NCBI GenBank assembly: GCA_029252325.1 | Contig: JAQXBQ010000260.1 | Span: 1 to 51,474 of the forward strand | Direction: 5' to 3' | Origin: Akkermansiaceae bacterium | GTDB lineage: Bacteria > Verrucomicrobiota > Verrucomicrobiia > Verrucomicrobiales > Akkermansiaceae | Length of the DNA: 51,474 nucleotides | In this document: positions 9,547 through 18,263 of the stretch, one piece after another | Position numbering within the stretch: the first letter of the stretch is position 1 | How the letters are laid out: the number at the start of each line of letters is the position of its first letter | Notes under the pieces: model-generated | The model's input: the letters and a program-made list of their open reading frames with translations, nothing else | Told to the model about the DNA's origin: nothing | Databases searched by the model: none | Program-made: the position numbers and the translations under genes

Positions 9547-11345
9547 GCCCAACACTAGCATCCATCACTTTGACCTCACTGGACTGGTCCTTCATCATCG
9601 GCTTCTTCATCATTGCTCTGGGCATCGGTGTTTACACCTCAAAACAGGCAGGTAAAAGTGAGGCTGACTTCTTCCTCGGCGGACGCACCATGCCATGGTG
9701 GTTGCTTGGCTTCTCTATGGTGGCCACCACCTTCTCTACGGACACGCCCAACCTGGTGACCAACTTGGTGCGAGAGAGCGGCGTATCTGGAAACTGGTGC
9801 TGGTGGGTTTTTCTGCTTACCGGCATGTTGACGGTTTTTGTCTTTTCGAAAATCTGGCGCCGCTCAAACCTCACCACCGACGTTGAGTTTTATGAGATGC
9901 GCTATTCTGGTAAAGAAGCAGCATTTCTGCGTTGGTTTCGCTCGATCTATCTGGGCGTCTTTCTCAACGTGATGATCATGGCCAGCGTCTCTCTGGCCGC
10001 CATTAAAATCGGCGGCATCATGCTCGGCCTTGAACCCTGGGAGTGCATTGTCTATGCAGCTGGCGTTACGGTGATTTTCAGTTCGCTGGGTGGCTTCAAA
10101 GGCGTTCTGCTCACTGACTTCCTGCTCTTCATCATCGCCATGGTAGGTGCCGTTGCCGCGGCCTATTACGCACTCGGTCACGAAGCAGTCGGGGGGCTTT
10201 CGGGTATGCTCGAAAAGTTCTCCGCAAGCAGTGAAATGGAGAGTAAGCTGAACTTCTTCCCGCAACCTGGAACAGAAGCCTTTACATCTTTCCTACTAAT
10301 CCCACTGCTTATCGGCTGGTGGTCTAGTTGGTATCCTGGAGCAGAGCCAGGGGGCGGAGGCTACCTCGCCCAGCGCATGCTTGCGGCAAAGAATGAAAAG
10401 CATGCCGTCGGTGCTACGCTCTTTTTCAATGCCTGTCATTATGCGGTTCGCCCCTGGCCGTGGATCATTGTCGCCCTCTGTTCGCTCATCGTCTTTCCCG
10501 ACATCGAATCCATCAAGGCAGCTTTCCCAGAGGCAGAAAACGTCGCCAACGACTCAGCCTACTCAGCTATGCTCACCTTTCTCCCCACTGGCTGGATGGG
10601 TCTCGTGCTCACCTCGCTGGTTGCCGCTTACATGTCCACCATCTCCACTCACCTCAACTGGGGATCTTCGTATATCGTAAACGACGTCTACCTGCGCTTC
10701 CTAAAGCCGAATGCCTCCCAAAAAGAACTAGTATGGATCGGCAGGATATCCACCGTCGTTCTGATGATTATTGCCGGGGTCATCGCCCTCAATATGGAGT
10801 CTGCCCAAAAGAACTTTCAACTACTCTTAGCCATAGGTGCCGGCACCGGCTCCATTTATATCCTGCGCTGGTTTTGGTGGCGTGTGAATGCATACAGCGA
10901 AATCGCTGGCATGCTTTTGGCCACTCTTAATGCGGTGCTGTTCTGGAAGTTTGATAACTTTGGCCTCAGTGGGTCCATGTCACTGGTCGCGAGTGTTGCC
11001 ATCACCACCATCGGATGGATCGTCGTCACTCTGATGACTCGCCCCACCGACAAGGCAACACTGCGCGGATTTGTCAAACAAACGAATCCAGGCGGACCTG
11101 GATGGCAGAAGATTTATCGCGAAGCACAAGCTGAAGGCGAGCCAATCGACTTCCTTCACAGCGAATCCAACATCCAGCGCGGGCTCATCTGTATGATCCT
11201 AGCGTGCGCTGCCGTTTACTCCTTCCTGTTCGGAACCGGCTACGTCCTCTATGGTCAATCCATCGCAGCAAGCATCTGCTCGATCATTACGATCATCAGC
11301 TCATTTCTCGTCTACAGGATCTGGTTTTGCGCAGATGAAAAATAA
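9543..11345 (+). CDS. sodium:solute symporter (SSS) family transporter
   Basis: Many TM helices; DFFLGGR.MPWW, SMVATTFSTDTP, GAEPGGGGYLAQRMLAAK, AAYMSTISTHLNWG; 4-bp overlap with the kinase gene. Confidence 0.92.
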   Translation: MSPTLASITLTSLDWSFIIGFFIIALGIGVYTSKQAGKSEADFFLGGRTMPWWLLGFSMVATTFSTDTPNLVTNLVRESGVSGNWCWWVFLLTGMLTVFVFSKIWRRSNLTTDVEFYEMRYSGKEAAFLRWFRSIYLGVFLNVMIMASVSLAAIKIGGIMLGLEPWECIVYAAGVTVIFSSLGGFKGVLLTDFLLFIIAMVGAVAAAYYALGHEAVGGLSGMLEKFSASSEMESKLNFFPQPGTEAFTSFLLIPLLIGWWSSWYPGAEPGGGGYLAQRMLAAKNEKHAVGATLFFNACHYAVRPWPWIIVALCSLIVFPDIESIKAAFPEAENVANDSAYSAMLTFLPTGWMGLVLTSLVAAYMSTISTHLNWGSSYIVNDVYLRFLKPNASQKELVWIGRISTVVLMIIAGVIALNMESAQKNFQLLLAIGAGTGSIYILRWFWWRVNAYSEIAGMLLATLNAVLFWKFDNFGLSGSMSLVASVAITTIGWIVVTLMTRPTDKATLRGFVKQTNPGGPGWQKIYREAQAEGEPIDFLHSESNIQRGLICMILACAAVYSFLFGTGYVLYGQSIAASICSIITIISSFLVYRIWFCADEK

Positions 11346-11396
11346 AACAACCAACACGGTCATTTCATCAATGAAGATAAACCCAGTGAACAAAAC

Positions 11397-11504
11397 ATGA
11401 AAACCGCCTTCTGCACCTTGTTTTGCTTACTCACCTAGCACACTTTGCAGGGAGATAAAAAATGACCAAACGTGATGTTCATCTTTGCCGATGATCATAT
11501 CTAG
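11397..11504 (+). pseudogene. short sulfatase N-terminal relic
   Basis: Reads MKTAFCTLFCLLT*HTLQGDKK*PNVMFIFADDHI*: a signal peptide plus the sulfatase PN..FIFADD motif with in-frame stops. Confidence 0.7.
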
Positions 11505-12344
11505 ATGATGTATTCAAACAATTACCCCCGAGCTTCGTCTGCACGCCAGGTTCTGGCTAGCGTATGCTTGGGGGTTTTGTTCGCCAGCAAGCTAACCGCA
11601 CAAAATACCGTGATCACCGAGTTAGCCATCAAAGCCAACCAAGGAGTCGCGGTTGACGAAAGCTACATTTACGCCATCAGCAACACCAGCATTGAGAAGT
11701 GCGACAAGCAGAGTGGGGAGGTAGTGGCAGCGTGGCAAGCGGACAAGAAGATAGCAGCCGAGAAGCATTTCAAGCACCTAAATAGTGGCGCAGTCATCGA
11801 GGGCAAACTCTACTGCGCCCATTCACGTTTCCCCGTGGCTATAAATGACTGCAGTGTTGAAATTTTCGATATCAAGGGAGAAACCCTGAAGCATGTGGAG
11901 ACGATTCCCTTGCCCTCCAAGCACGGCTCACTGACATGGATTGACCGGCGGGATGATGGCACGTGGTGGATGTGTTACGCAGTCTATGGCAAAAAGAACA
12001 ACAGCAAGACCAAGCTGATCCAATACAGCTATCAAGATGGCAAGTTCATTGAGCAAGCCAGCTACAACTTTCCCGCAGAGGTGGTCGGCAAGTGGGGATC
12101 AGCGAGCTGCTCCGGAGGATCCTGGGGGCCGGACGCCCTGCTCTACACCACTGGGCACGATCACGCGCAAGCCCACGTGCTCCATGTGGATGCCGAGGGG
12201 AAGCTCAACTATCGCAAGACGGAGAAAAATATGGGCTTCTACGGCCAGGGCATCGCTTGGGATCGCTTTGCAAAAACGCCGGCATTGTGGGGAATCGTGA
12301 AGAAACGAAAAGTCACTGCCACCCAGCTAGCAGCAAGAAATTAA
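11505..12344 (+). CDS. secreted hypothetical protein, probable beta-propeller
   Basis: Signal peptide; QGVAVD...YIYAI, HLNSG, SCSGGSWGPD..LYTTGHD, GQGIAWD blade-like motifs. Confidence 0.65.
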   Translation: MMYSNNYPRASSARQVLASVCLGVLFASKLTAQNTVITELAIKANQGVAVDESYIYAISNTSIEKCDKQSGEVVAAWQADKKIAAEKHFKHLNSGAVIEGKLYCAHSRFPVAINDCSVEIFDIKGETLKHVETIPLPSKHGSLTWIDRRDDGTWWMCYAVYGKKNNSKTKLIQYSYQDGKFIEQASYNFPAEVVGKWGSASCSGGSWGPDALLYTTGHDHAQAHVLHVDAEGKLNYRKTEKNMGFYGQGIAWDRFAKTPALWGIVKKRKVTATQLAARN

Positions 12345-12369
12345 GAATTTGCGCGTAAACTCCATAGAA

Positions 12370-13884
12370 ATGACTGCATCGATAAATAAAATACTTTGCC
12401 TCTCCGTGGCAGCTCTAACCACCTTCGTAAGCTCCCATGCAACGCATGCGCGCCCCGCAGCAGACAAGCCTAACATCATCTTCATCCTGCTGGATGACCT
12501 CGGCAAAGAATGGATCAACTGCTACGGCGGCGAAAACATCCAGACACCCCACATCGATCAACTCGCAGCAACAGGGACCAAATATAACAACGCCTACTCC
12601 ATGCCACAATGCACGCCATCCCGTGCTTGCTTCCTGACCGGGCAGTACCCCTTCCGCAACGGCTGGGTTAATCACTGGGATAGCCCGAGATGGGGCGGCG
12701 GGTATTTTGACTCCAACAAAAACCCGAGCATTGCCCGCCTGATGCAATCAGCCGGCTATGTCACGGCCGCGGCCGGCAAGTGGCAGCTCAATGATTTCCG
12801 CATTCAGCCGGATGTCATGGTGAAACATGGCTTTGATGACTACTGTATGTGGACCGGGTGTGAGGGCTCGAGTGATGATGCGCACGAAGCGATGTCAACC
12901 CGCCGCTACTGGGATCCCTACATTCATACCAAAGAGGGCTCCAAAGTATATAAAGGCAAGTTCGGCCCAGACATCTACAACCAGTTCGTCTTGGACTTTG
13001 TCTCTGCGAATAAGGAGAAGCCTTTTTTCATCTACTACCCGATGGCGCTCCCCCACACGCCCTTTGTTCATACTCCGCTCGATATGAATGCGAAGAGCAC
13101 ACTGGAGAAACACAAGGCCATGGTTCGCTACACCGATCACCTGCTCGGCAAACTGGTCGCTCACCTCGACTCAGAAGGTATTCGCAAAAACACCATCATC
13201 ATCTGGACCACTGACAATGGCACCGCAGGCAAAGTGCAAAACAAGATGAATGGCCGCATGGTAGACGGCGGCAAAGCCAAGACAACCGAGAATGGCGTGA
13301 ATGCCCCCTTCATTGTCAACTGCCCTGGTTTGGTTCCTCAGGCGCAAACAAGTAACGCGCTGGTCGATTTTACCGACATGCTACCGACCTTTGCCGATCT
13401 CTCTGGCGCCAAACCTCAAGCAGGTTTTACTTATGATGGTGTTTCCTTGAAGGACGTGTTTCTGGGCAAAGCAAAAGAGTCCAAACGCAAGTGGATCCTT
13501 GCCATGGGCTCAAAGGCCGCACGCATGACCGACAAAGGCGTGCAGAATGTCTACTATTTTCGCGATCGTGTGCTTCGTGACGGACGCTTCAAGCTCTTTG
13601 TCAGCACCAAGCGCAAGCCGCAAAAGCTGATCGATCTGAGCAAGGATCCAGAGGAGGAAAACAACCTCATCGGCAACCCTGCATACAAGGAATTACTCAA
13701 CCGCCTCTCGGCAGTAGTCGAAACACTTCCCATCAAAGACAACGATCCCGCTTACACCATCCTGGCAGCCAATGAATGGGACAAGAAGGCAAGGTTCGAA
13801 GCCGATATTCACAAACTAGAAAATCCACTCAAACCGCGAACAACTAATCGGAAAAAAGGTAGAAAAAAGCGAGCTGTAGAGTGA
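12370..13884 (+). CDS. S1 family sulfatase
   Basis: KPNIIFILLDDLG, CTPSRACFLTGQYP, GKWQL, TDNG; start placed at ATG 12370. Confidence 0.93.
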   Translation: MTASINKILCLSVAALTTFVSSHATHARPAADKPNIIFILLDDLGKEWINCYGGENIQTPHIDQLAATGTKYNNAYSMPQCTPSRACFLTGQYPFRNGWVNHWDSPRWGGGYFDSNKNPSIARLMQSAGYVTAAAGKWQLNDFRIQPDVMVKHGFDDYCMWTGCEGSSDDAHEAMSTRRYWDPYIHTKEGSKVYKGKFGPDIYNQFVLDFVSANKEKPFFIYYPMALPHTPFVHTPLDMNAKSTLEKHKAMVRYTDHLLGKLVAHLDSEGIRKNTIIIWTTDNGTAGKVQNKMNGRMVDGGKAKTTENGVNAPFIVNCPGLVPQAQTSNALVDFTDMLPTFADLSGAKPQAGFTYDGVSLKDVFLGKAKESKRKWILAMGSKAARMTDKGVQNVYYFRDRVLRDGRFKLFVSTKRKPQKLIDLSKDPEEENNLIGNPAYKELLNRLSAVVETLPIKDNDPAYTILAANEWDKKARFEADIHKLENPLKPRTTNRKKGRKKRAVE

Positions 13885-13895
13885 TCCAAGCATCA

Positions 13896-13917
13896 CCTAT
13901 ACAACGCCTATACAACG
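13896..13917. repeat. 11-bp tandem duplication CCTATACAACG x2
   Basis: Directly visible between convergent genes. Confidence 0.85.
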
Positions 13918-13968
13918 CATCACCACTTTATCCGTGGCAATCATAGCTGAGCCTATGAACCCCTTTTG

Positions 13969-15051
13969 CTAGCGAATGATTTCGAGGAACTCGATATCAA
14001 AAACGAGCATGCCACCTGGGCGACCGCTGCCAGGGACGGCTGGGCCGTAGGCAAGGTCTTCCGGAATCCAGAAGCGGCGCTTCTCGCCTGCGACCATGAG
14101 TTGCACTCCTTCGGTCCAACCTCTGATCACGCCGTCAAGCGGAAATTGAGTGGGTTCACCGCGCGTTACCGAGCTATCAAACATTTCTCCATCCGTCGTC
14201 CAACCCGAGTAGTGCACTTTCACAGTGTCGCTTGCCTCGGGCTTGTCTTCACCTTTTCCTTCGCTGAGCACTTTGAAGGCAAGTCCGCTGTCGGTCTTCT
14301 GGGCATCAGCGGGAACCTCGGCCACATCTTCAGGAACCGCTGGCGCTGGAGGCGCTTGCTTAAAGGATACGAGCTCAAGGTCTGCAACAATAAATCCACC
14401 GGGAGCCTGGGGCTCGGGCAACCATGCCTGGCGCTGCTCTGCGGTGCTCATCTCGGTAATAATCTCAGCGAGAGCTGACGGCATTTTATCAAGCGGCATA
14501 CTTGGAGGAGATTGCTCTTTGCGGGTATCCTGCATGGTCTCTCCCTCCATCGTCTTGGCGGTGAAATGGAAGGTGACGACATGGTCTGCTCCCGGCTTAT
14601 CACCGGAACCTTCTTTGATGATTTTGTAGGCAACTCCCCCAGCGGTTTTCTCTGTATCTGCAGGAGGCTTTGGCGCTGCTTTGATCGCGAGAAGCTCAAC
14701 ATCAAAGCAAAGCATGCCACCTGGGCGACCGCTACCAGAAACGACGGGACCGTAGGCAAGATCTTCCGGAATCCAGAAGCGGCGTTGCTCTCCGACCACC
14801 ATTAACTGCAGACCTTCGGTCCAACCGGCGATCACCTGACCGAGCGGGAAACTACTTGATTCCCCACGCTCTACCGAGCTGTCGAACATTGCTCCGTCCG
14901 TGGTCCAACCAGAGTAGTGAACGGTCACCGTGTCAGCTGCGCTTGGTTTTTCATCGCCAGTTCCGGCTTGAAGGACTTTCCATGCGAGACCGCTCTCGGT
15001 CTTCGTGGAATCGGCGGGGGCGGCGGCTACATCAGCAGGTGTTTCTGGCAT
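13969..15051 (-). CDS. FKBP-type peptidyl-prolyl cis-trans isomerase with three FKBP-like domains
   Basis: Two near-identical VHYSGWTTDG.MFDSSV.RGE...FPL..VI.GWTEG.QLMV.GE.RRFWIPEDLAYG domains flank a degenerate middle domain. Confidence 0.93.
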   Translation of the reverse strand: MPETPADVAAAPADSTKTESGLAWKVLQAGTGDEKPSAADTVTVHYSGWTTDGAMFDSSVERGESSSFPLGQVIAGWTEGLQLMVVGEQRRFWIPEDLAYGPVVSGSGRPGGMLCFDVELLAIKAAPKPPADTEKTAGGVAYKIIKEGSGDKPGADHVVTFHFTAKTMEGETMQDTRKEQSPPSMPLDKMPSALAEIITEMSTAEQRQAWLPEPQAPGGFIVADLELVSFKQAPPAPAVPEDVAEVPADAQKTDSGLAFKVLSEGKGEDKPEASDTVKVHYSGWTTDGEMFDSSVTRGEPTQFPLDGVIRGWTEGVQLMVAGEKRRFWIPEDLAYGPAVPGSGRPGGMLVFDIEFLEIIR

Positions 15052-15330
15052 ATTATTTTTAAGTTAAGACTTTGATTGCGGACACAGCATCCATGTAACG
15101 ACCCATCTGTCAACCACCCACAGGGCTTAATTCTAAGAGATAATGCCAACAAAAAATGGTATGTCTTTGAACTACTGGCGGAGGAAATGCGATACGGTAG
15201 GGTGATCATGACCCATTTCTATGCACGCCTCTTTTTACATCGCCTTCCATCTCCTTTTTCGCCAAATAACAGGCTTAACTCCTCATCAAACCAAGAGATT
15301 CACATTTTCATGCAAAAAAACAAAAATTTC

Positions 15331-15360
15331 TGTAACGGCACCTCCCTTTTTCGCTGTATT
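15331..15360 (+). promoter_or_regulatory. candidate ECF-type promoter (TGTAAC-N18-TGTATT)
   Basis: Immediately upstream of the ECF sigma gene; AAC/GT-type elements resemble ECF promoters. Confidence 0.35.
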
Positions 15361-15368
15361 CCTTAGTT

Positions 15369-15944
15369 ATGGACAATTCTTCGACATCGCCCATCTCCCA
15401 AGATGCTCATGAAAATGAGGCGGACGGGGCGTATGTTACCTTGCTGACTCAACATCAGGTCAATATTCAAGCCTTTATCACGAGCCTTTTGCCTGGTGAC
15501 CCTGATATCGAAGACGTCTTGCAGAGAACCAACATCGTCCTCTGGAACAAACGTGAGCAGTTTGAGCAGAATACCAACTTCAAGGCCTGGGCATTCTCCA
15601 TTGCCCGCTGGGAAACAAAGGCCTGGCTCACCGAGAAAAAAAGAAAAGACTGGCTGGTGTTTAACGATGAACTCACCGACCAGATGGCCGAGCAATTCCA
15701 AGAATCAATACCAGATCAGAAGAATGAGGATATGCTCCCGTCTCTCCGCCGCTGCTTGACCAGGCTCAGTGACAACGAACGCTTTCTGATTTTCAACTAC
15801 TACCAAGCTGACAAATCGATCGCTGAGTGCGCTGCTATCGTCAAAAAAACCGAAGGGGCTCTCAGGGTAGCCCTATTCCGAATCCGCATAAGCTTACGTC
15901 GCTGCATCGAATCCCATCTCGCTGGAAAGGAGGTGACCTCATGA
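15369..15944 (+). CDS. ECF RNA polymerase sigma-70 factor
   Basis: EDVLQRTNIVLW, NFKAWAFSIAR region 2; CL..L....R.LI...Y...SIAE.A.......GALRVALFRIR..LRRC region 4. Confidence 0.93.
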   Translation: MDNSSTSPISQDAHENEADGAYVTLLTQHQVNIQAFITSLLPGDPDIEDVLQRTNIVLWNKREQFEQNTNFKAWAFSIARWETKAWLTEKKRKDWLVFNDELTDQMAEQFQESIPDQKNEDMLPSLRRCLTRLSDNERFLIFNYYQADKSIAECAAIVKKTEGALRVALFRIRISLRRCIESHLAGKEVTS

Positions 15945-17275
15945 TTTCCGAACAGATGGAGCAGAGGATTTACCAGTGCCTGGATGGCGAATTATCGGAA
16001 AGCGAAAAAGAGCTTCTCTTTCATGAGCTCGAAAAGGAGCCAGAGGCGCTGAAGGTGTATTGCCGCTGTGCGGCCCTTGATGCCAACTTGCAGCGTCTTG
16101 CGCACAGCCAGCTTCATCTGGATGATGACACTGGAAATATTGCCGTGCTGAAAAAGTCCCCCAACACAGTGGGGACAAAGAAGCCAAAGGTAGTAGCCAC
16201 CCTTGCCTTAGTTGCCTCCGTGGCCGCCATTATTACCATTCTCGGGCTGCTGGCACCGCAGCTGTGGCAGGCTCAGGATCACACCCCGCTGGTCAGCTTC
16301 GATCCCACACCGGACACGCAATACACCCTCGTTCACGACGGGGAGACGGATCTCCTCAAGGAAACATGTTTACAAGCCGGCTCACAACTCAAGCTTTCAC
16401 AGGGCACGATCGAACTTACTTTCAAGTCGGGCGTCCGGTCGATCATCACCGCACCCGCCGACCTCGTTCTGGATGATGGCAATACGCTTATTCTCAACAC
16501 AGGGACGGCTTGGTTTCAGGTCCCAGAACGTGCCATTGGCTTCACAGTACGCACCGAAGGGCTCGACATTGTCGATCTTGGCACCGAGTTCGGCGTTATC
16601 GCCAAACTTGATGGTCATCATGAAGTCCATGTTTTCAAAGGTGAAGTCAAGGCTAGCAGACCAGGAGCTCAGAAGCAGTCGGTCAAGCTCGGCGCAGGGC
16701 AAGCTCGGCGCAGTGACTCCACTGGTCAGCTTGTAGTGATCAAGCCAAGCAGCAAATCATTTATCACCAAGCGCCCCACGAGTCTGGCAGCCACCGGAAA
16801 ACCTCTGAATATTAACAAAGGAACACAGGTCACAGGCGAAGAGGGAATCGGCTACACGCTTTCCAAAAATAAAGTTTCAACCGATGACTTGAAGGATGGC
16901 GAATTTACCATCAACAGTGGAGGAAAATTAGCACTCACGTTTAATGAGCCTGTCGATCTTAAGATCAGCACGGCAGACATCCCTTACAACTCCGCACCTT
17001 GGAATTCTAATGAAGACTTTGGCAAGTTTACCATCGTCGAAGGAGAACTGTCCGAGGTTTATGACCCCAATCAGGAAATCTTGATCGAGCCCTTATCAGA
17101 AACATCTTTCAAGTGGACGTTCACAAAACCGAACGATGACAAGTATCGCACCCCGTCTATGCAGTCATGTCGAATCGATCTCAAAGGCATTCGCAAATTA
17201 GAGCTCTCAAAGGATGCATCATCACCAGGGCAAGCGGCTTTCAAGTTTCAAGTGATTAGCTCAAACCGCAAATAA
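15941..17275 (+). CDS. FecR-like anti-sigma / transmembrane sensor
   Basis: ATGA overlap with sigma gene, GGAGGTG RBS; N-terminal LDGELS anti-sigma segment, one TM helix, FecR motif GFTVRT....VDLGTEFGV.....EVHVFKGEV. Confidence 0.88.
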   Translation: MISEQMEQRIYQCLDGELSESEKELLFHELEKEPEALKVYCRCAALDANLQRLAHSQLHLDDDTGNIAVLKKSPNTVGTKKPKVVATLALVASVAAIITILGLLAPQLWQAQDHTPLVSFDPTPDTQYTLVHDGETDLLKETCLQAGSQLKLSQGTIELTFKSGVRSIITAPADLVLDDGNTLILNTGTAWFQVPERAIGFTVRTEGLDIVDLGTEFGVIAKLDGHHEVHVFKGEVKASRPGAQKQSVKLGAGQARRSDSTGQLVVIKPSSKSFITKRPTSLAATGKPLNINKGTQVTGEEGIGYTLSKNKVSTDDLKDGEFTINSGGKLALTFNEPVDLKISTADIPYNSAPWNSNEDFGKFTIVEGELSEVYDPNQEILIEPLSETSFKWTFTKPNDDKYRTPSMQSCRIDLKGIRKLELSKDASSPGQAAFKFQVISSNRK

Positions 17276-17329
17276 TCTCACCAAATTAAAAAACCTATTT
17301 CACACCTAAAAAACACCACAAAAAACACC

Positions 17330-18058
17330 ATGAAAACAACAAACAATAAACCACTACTGACTCTGGCGTGTCTCGTTGCCACGGCTACGGCACTACCGGC
17401 AGCCATCATCTCGACGACTGTCTTCGTTGATGATTTCGACACGGACACATCTGCCGATTATATACTGACCGACACCTTTCTAACCGGCGGTTCGTTTAAC
17501 GTTTCAGAAGGCACGCTTAACGTGACCTCCGCCAGTAACAATACCGCCGATGTCTTTTACGACACGGCTATCTTTGAGATTGGTCAAACTGTCAGCGTCG
17601 ATCTCTCTGGCGCTAAAAATTCCTATTTGAGTGTCTCTACAACAACACGTGCCGCCAATACAGGTACTGAGGATGGAGTCAGATTGAATTGGGAAACTAA
17701 CGGCACGTTCCAAGCAAAAAATTATACCAATGGGACTGCTTCCACTCTTGGATTTGATGGCGCATTTGACGTGGATGCAAGCTCAGTCACACTCTATCTC
17801 TATCGTGCCTCAGACAATGTATTCGCTGCCGCCTTTGATGATGGCAGTGGCTTCACCTGGCTCAACACCACCGGTGGCACAGAGAGAGAGGATTTCACTG
17901 TAGGTGATACAGGTAATGGAGCTTTGTATGTCGGCGTAGAGACCTATAATCCTGGAACACGCAACTTCGACAATCTCACCCTTTCCGTTCCTGAGCCATC
18001 TTCCACAGCCTTGCTTGGCCTCGGGGGACTTGCGCTCATGCTGCGCCGCAAGCGATAA
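17330..18058 (+). CDS. PEP-CTERM sorting-domain surface protein
   Basis: Signal peptide; Thr/Asn/Gly-rich body; C-terminal VPEPSSTALLGLGGLALMLRRKR. Confidence 0.95.
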   Translation: MKTTNNKPLLTLACLVATATALPAAIISTTVFVDDFDTDTSADYILTDTFLTGGSFNVSEGTLNVTSASNNTADVFYDTAIFEIGQTVSVDLSGAKNSYLSVSTTTRAANTGTEDGVRLNWETNGTFQAKNYTNGTASTLGFDGAFDVDASSVTLYLYRASDNVFAAAFDDGSGFTWLNTTGGTEREDFTVGDTGNGALYVGVETYNPGTRNFDNLTLSVPEPSSTALLGLGGLALMLRRKR

Positions 18059-18110
18059 ACGCATACTGAACATCCTCCCGAACTTCATCTTCGGGCTGAC
18101 TAATAATTCC

Positions 18111-18144
18111 AAAAGCCTCCGAGCCATAGCTCGGGGGCTTTTTT
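18111..18144 (+). terminator. intrinsic terminator
   Basis: AAAAGCCTCCGAGC-CATA-GCTCGGGGGCTTTTTT hairpin followed by T tract. Confidence 0.88.
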
Positions 18145-18263
18145 ATGTTCGAGTGTGATTTGGCTAGGCTTATTGGCCATTGAGTCCCAGAATGTAAATC
18201 ATTGGGTCGCAAATGAACAATAGATCGCGGTAATACCTCTGCTAATCTTACGTATTATTAACA

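Noticed and set aside
13966-14805. + strand ORFs opposite the FKBP gene
   Set aside because: Antisense shadows of a well-supported gene.
15076-15412. Small ORFs between the FKBP and ECF sigma genes
   Set aside because: No recognisable features; most likely a divergent promoter region.
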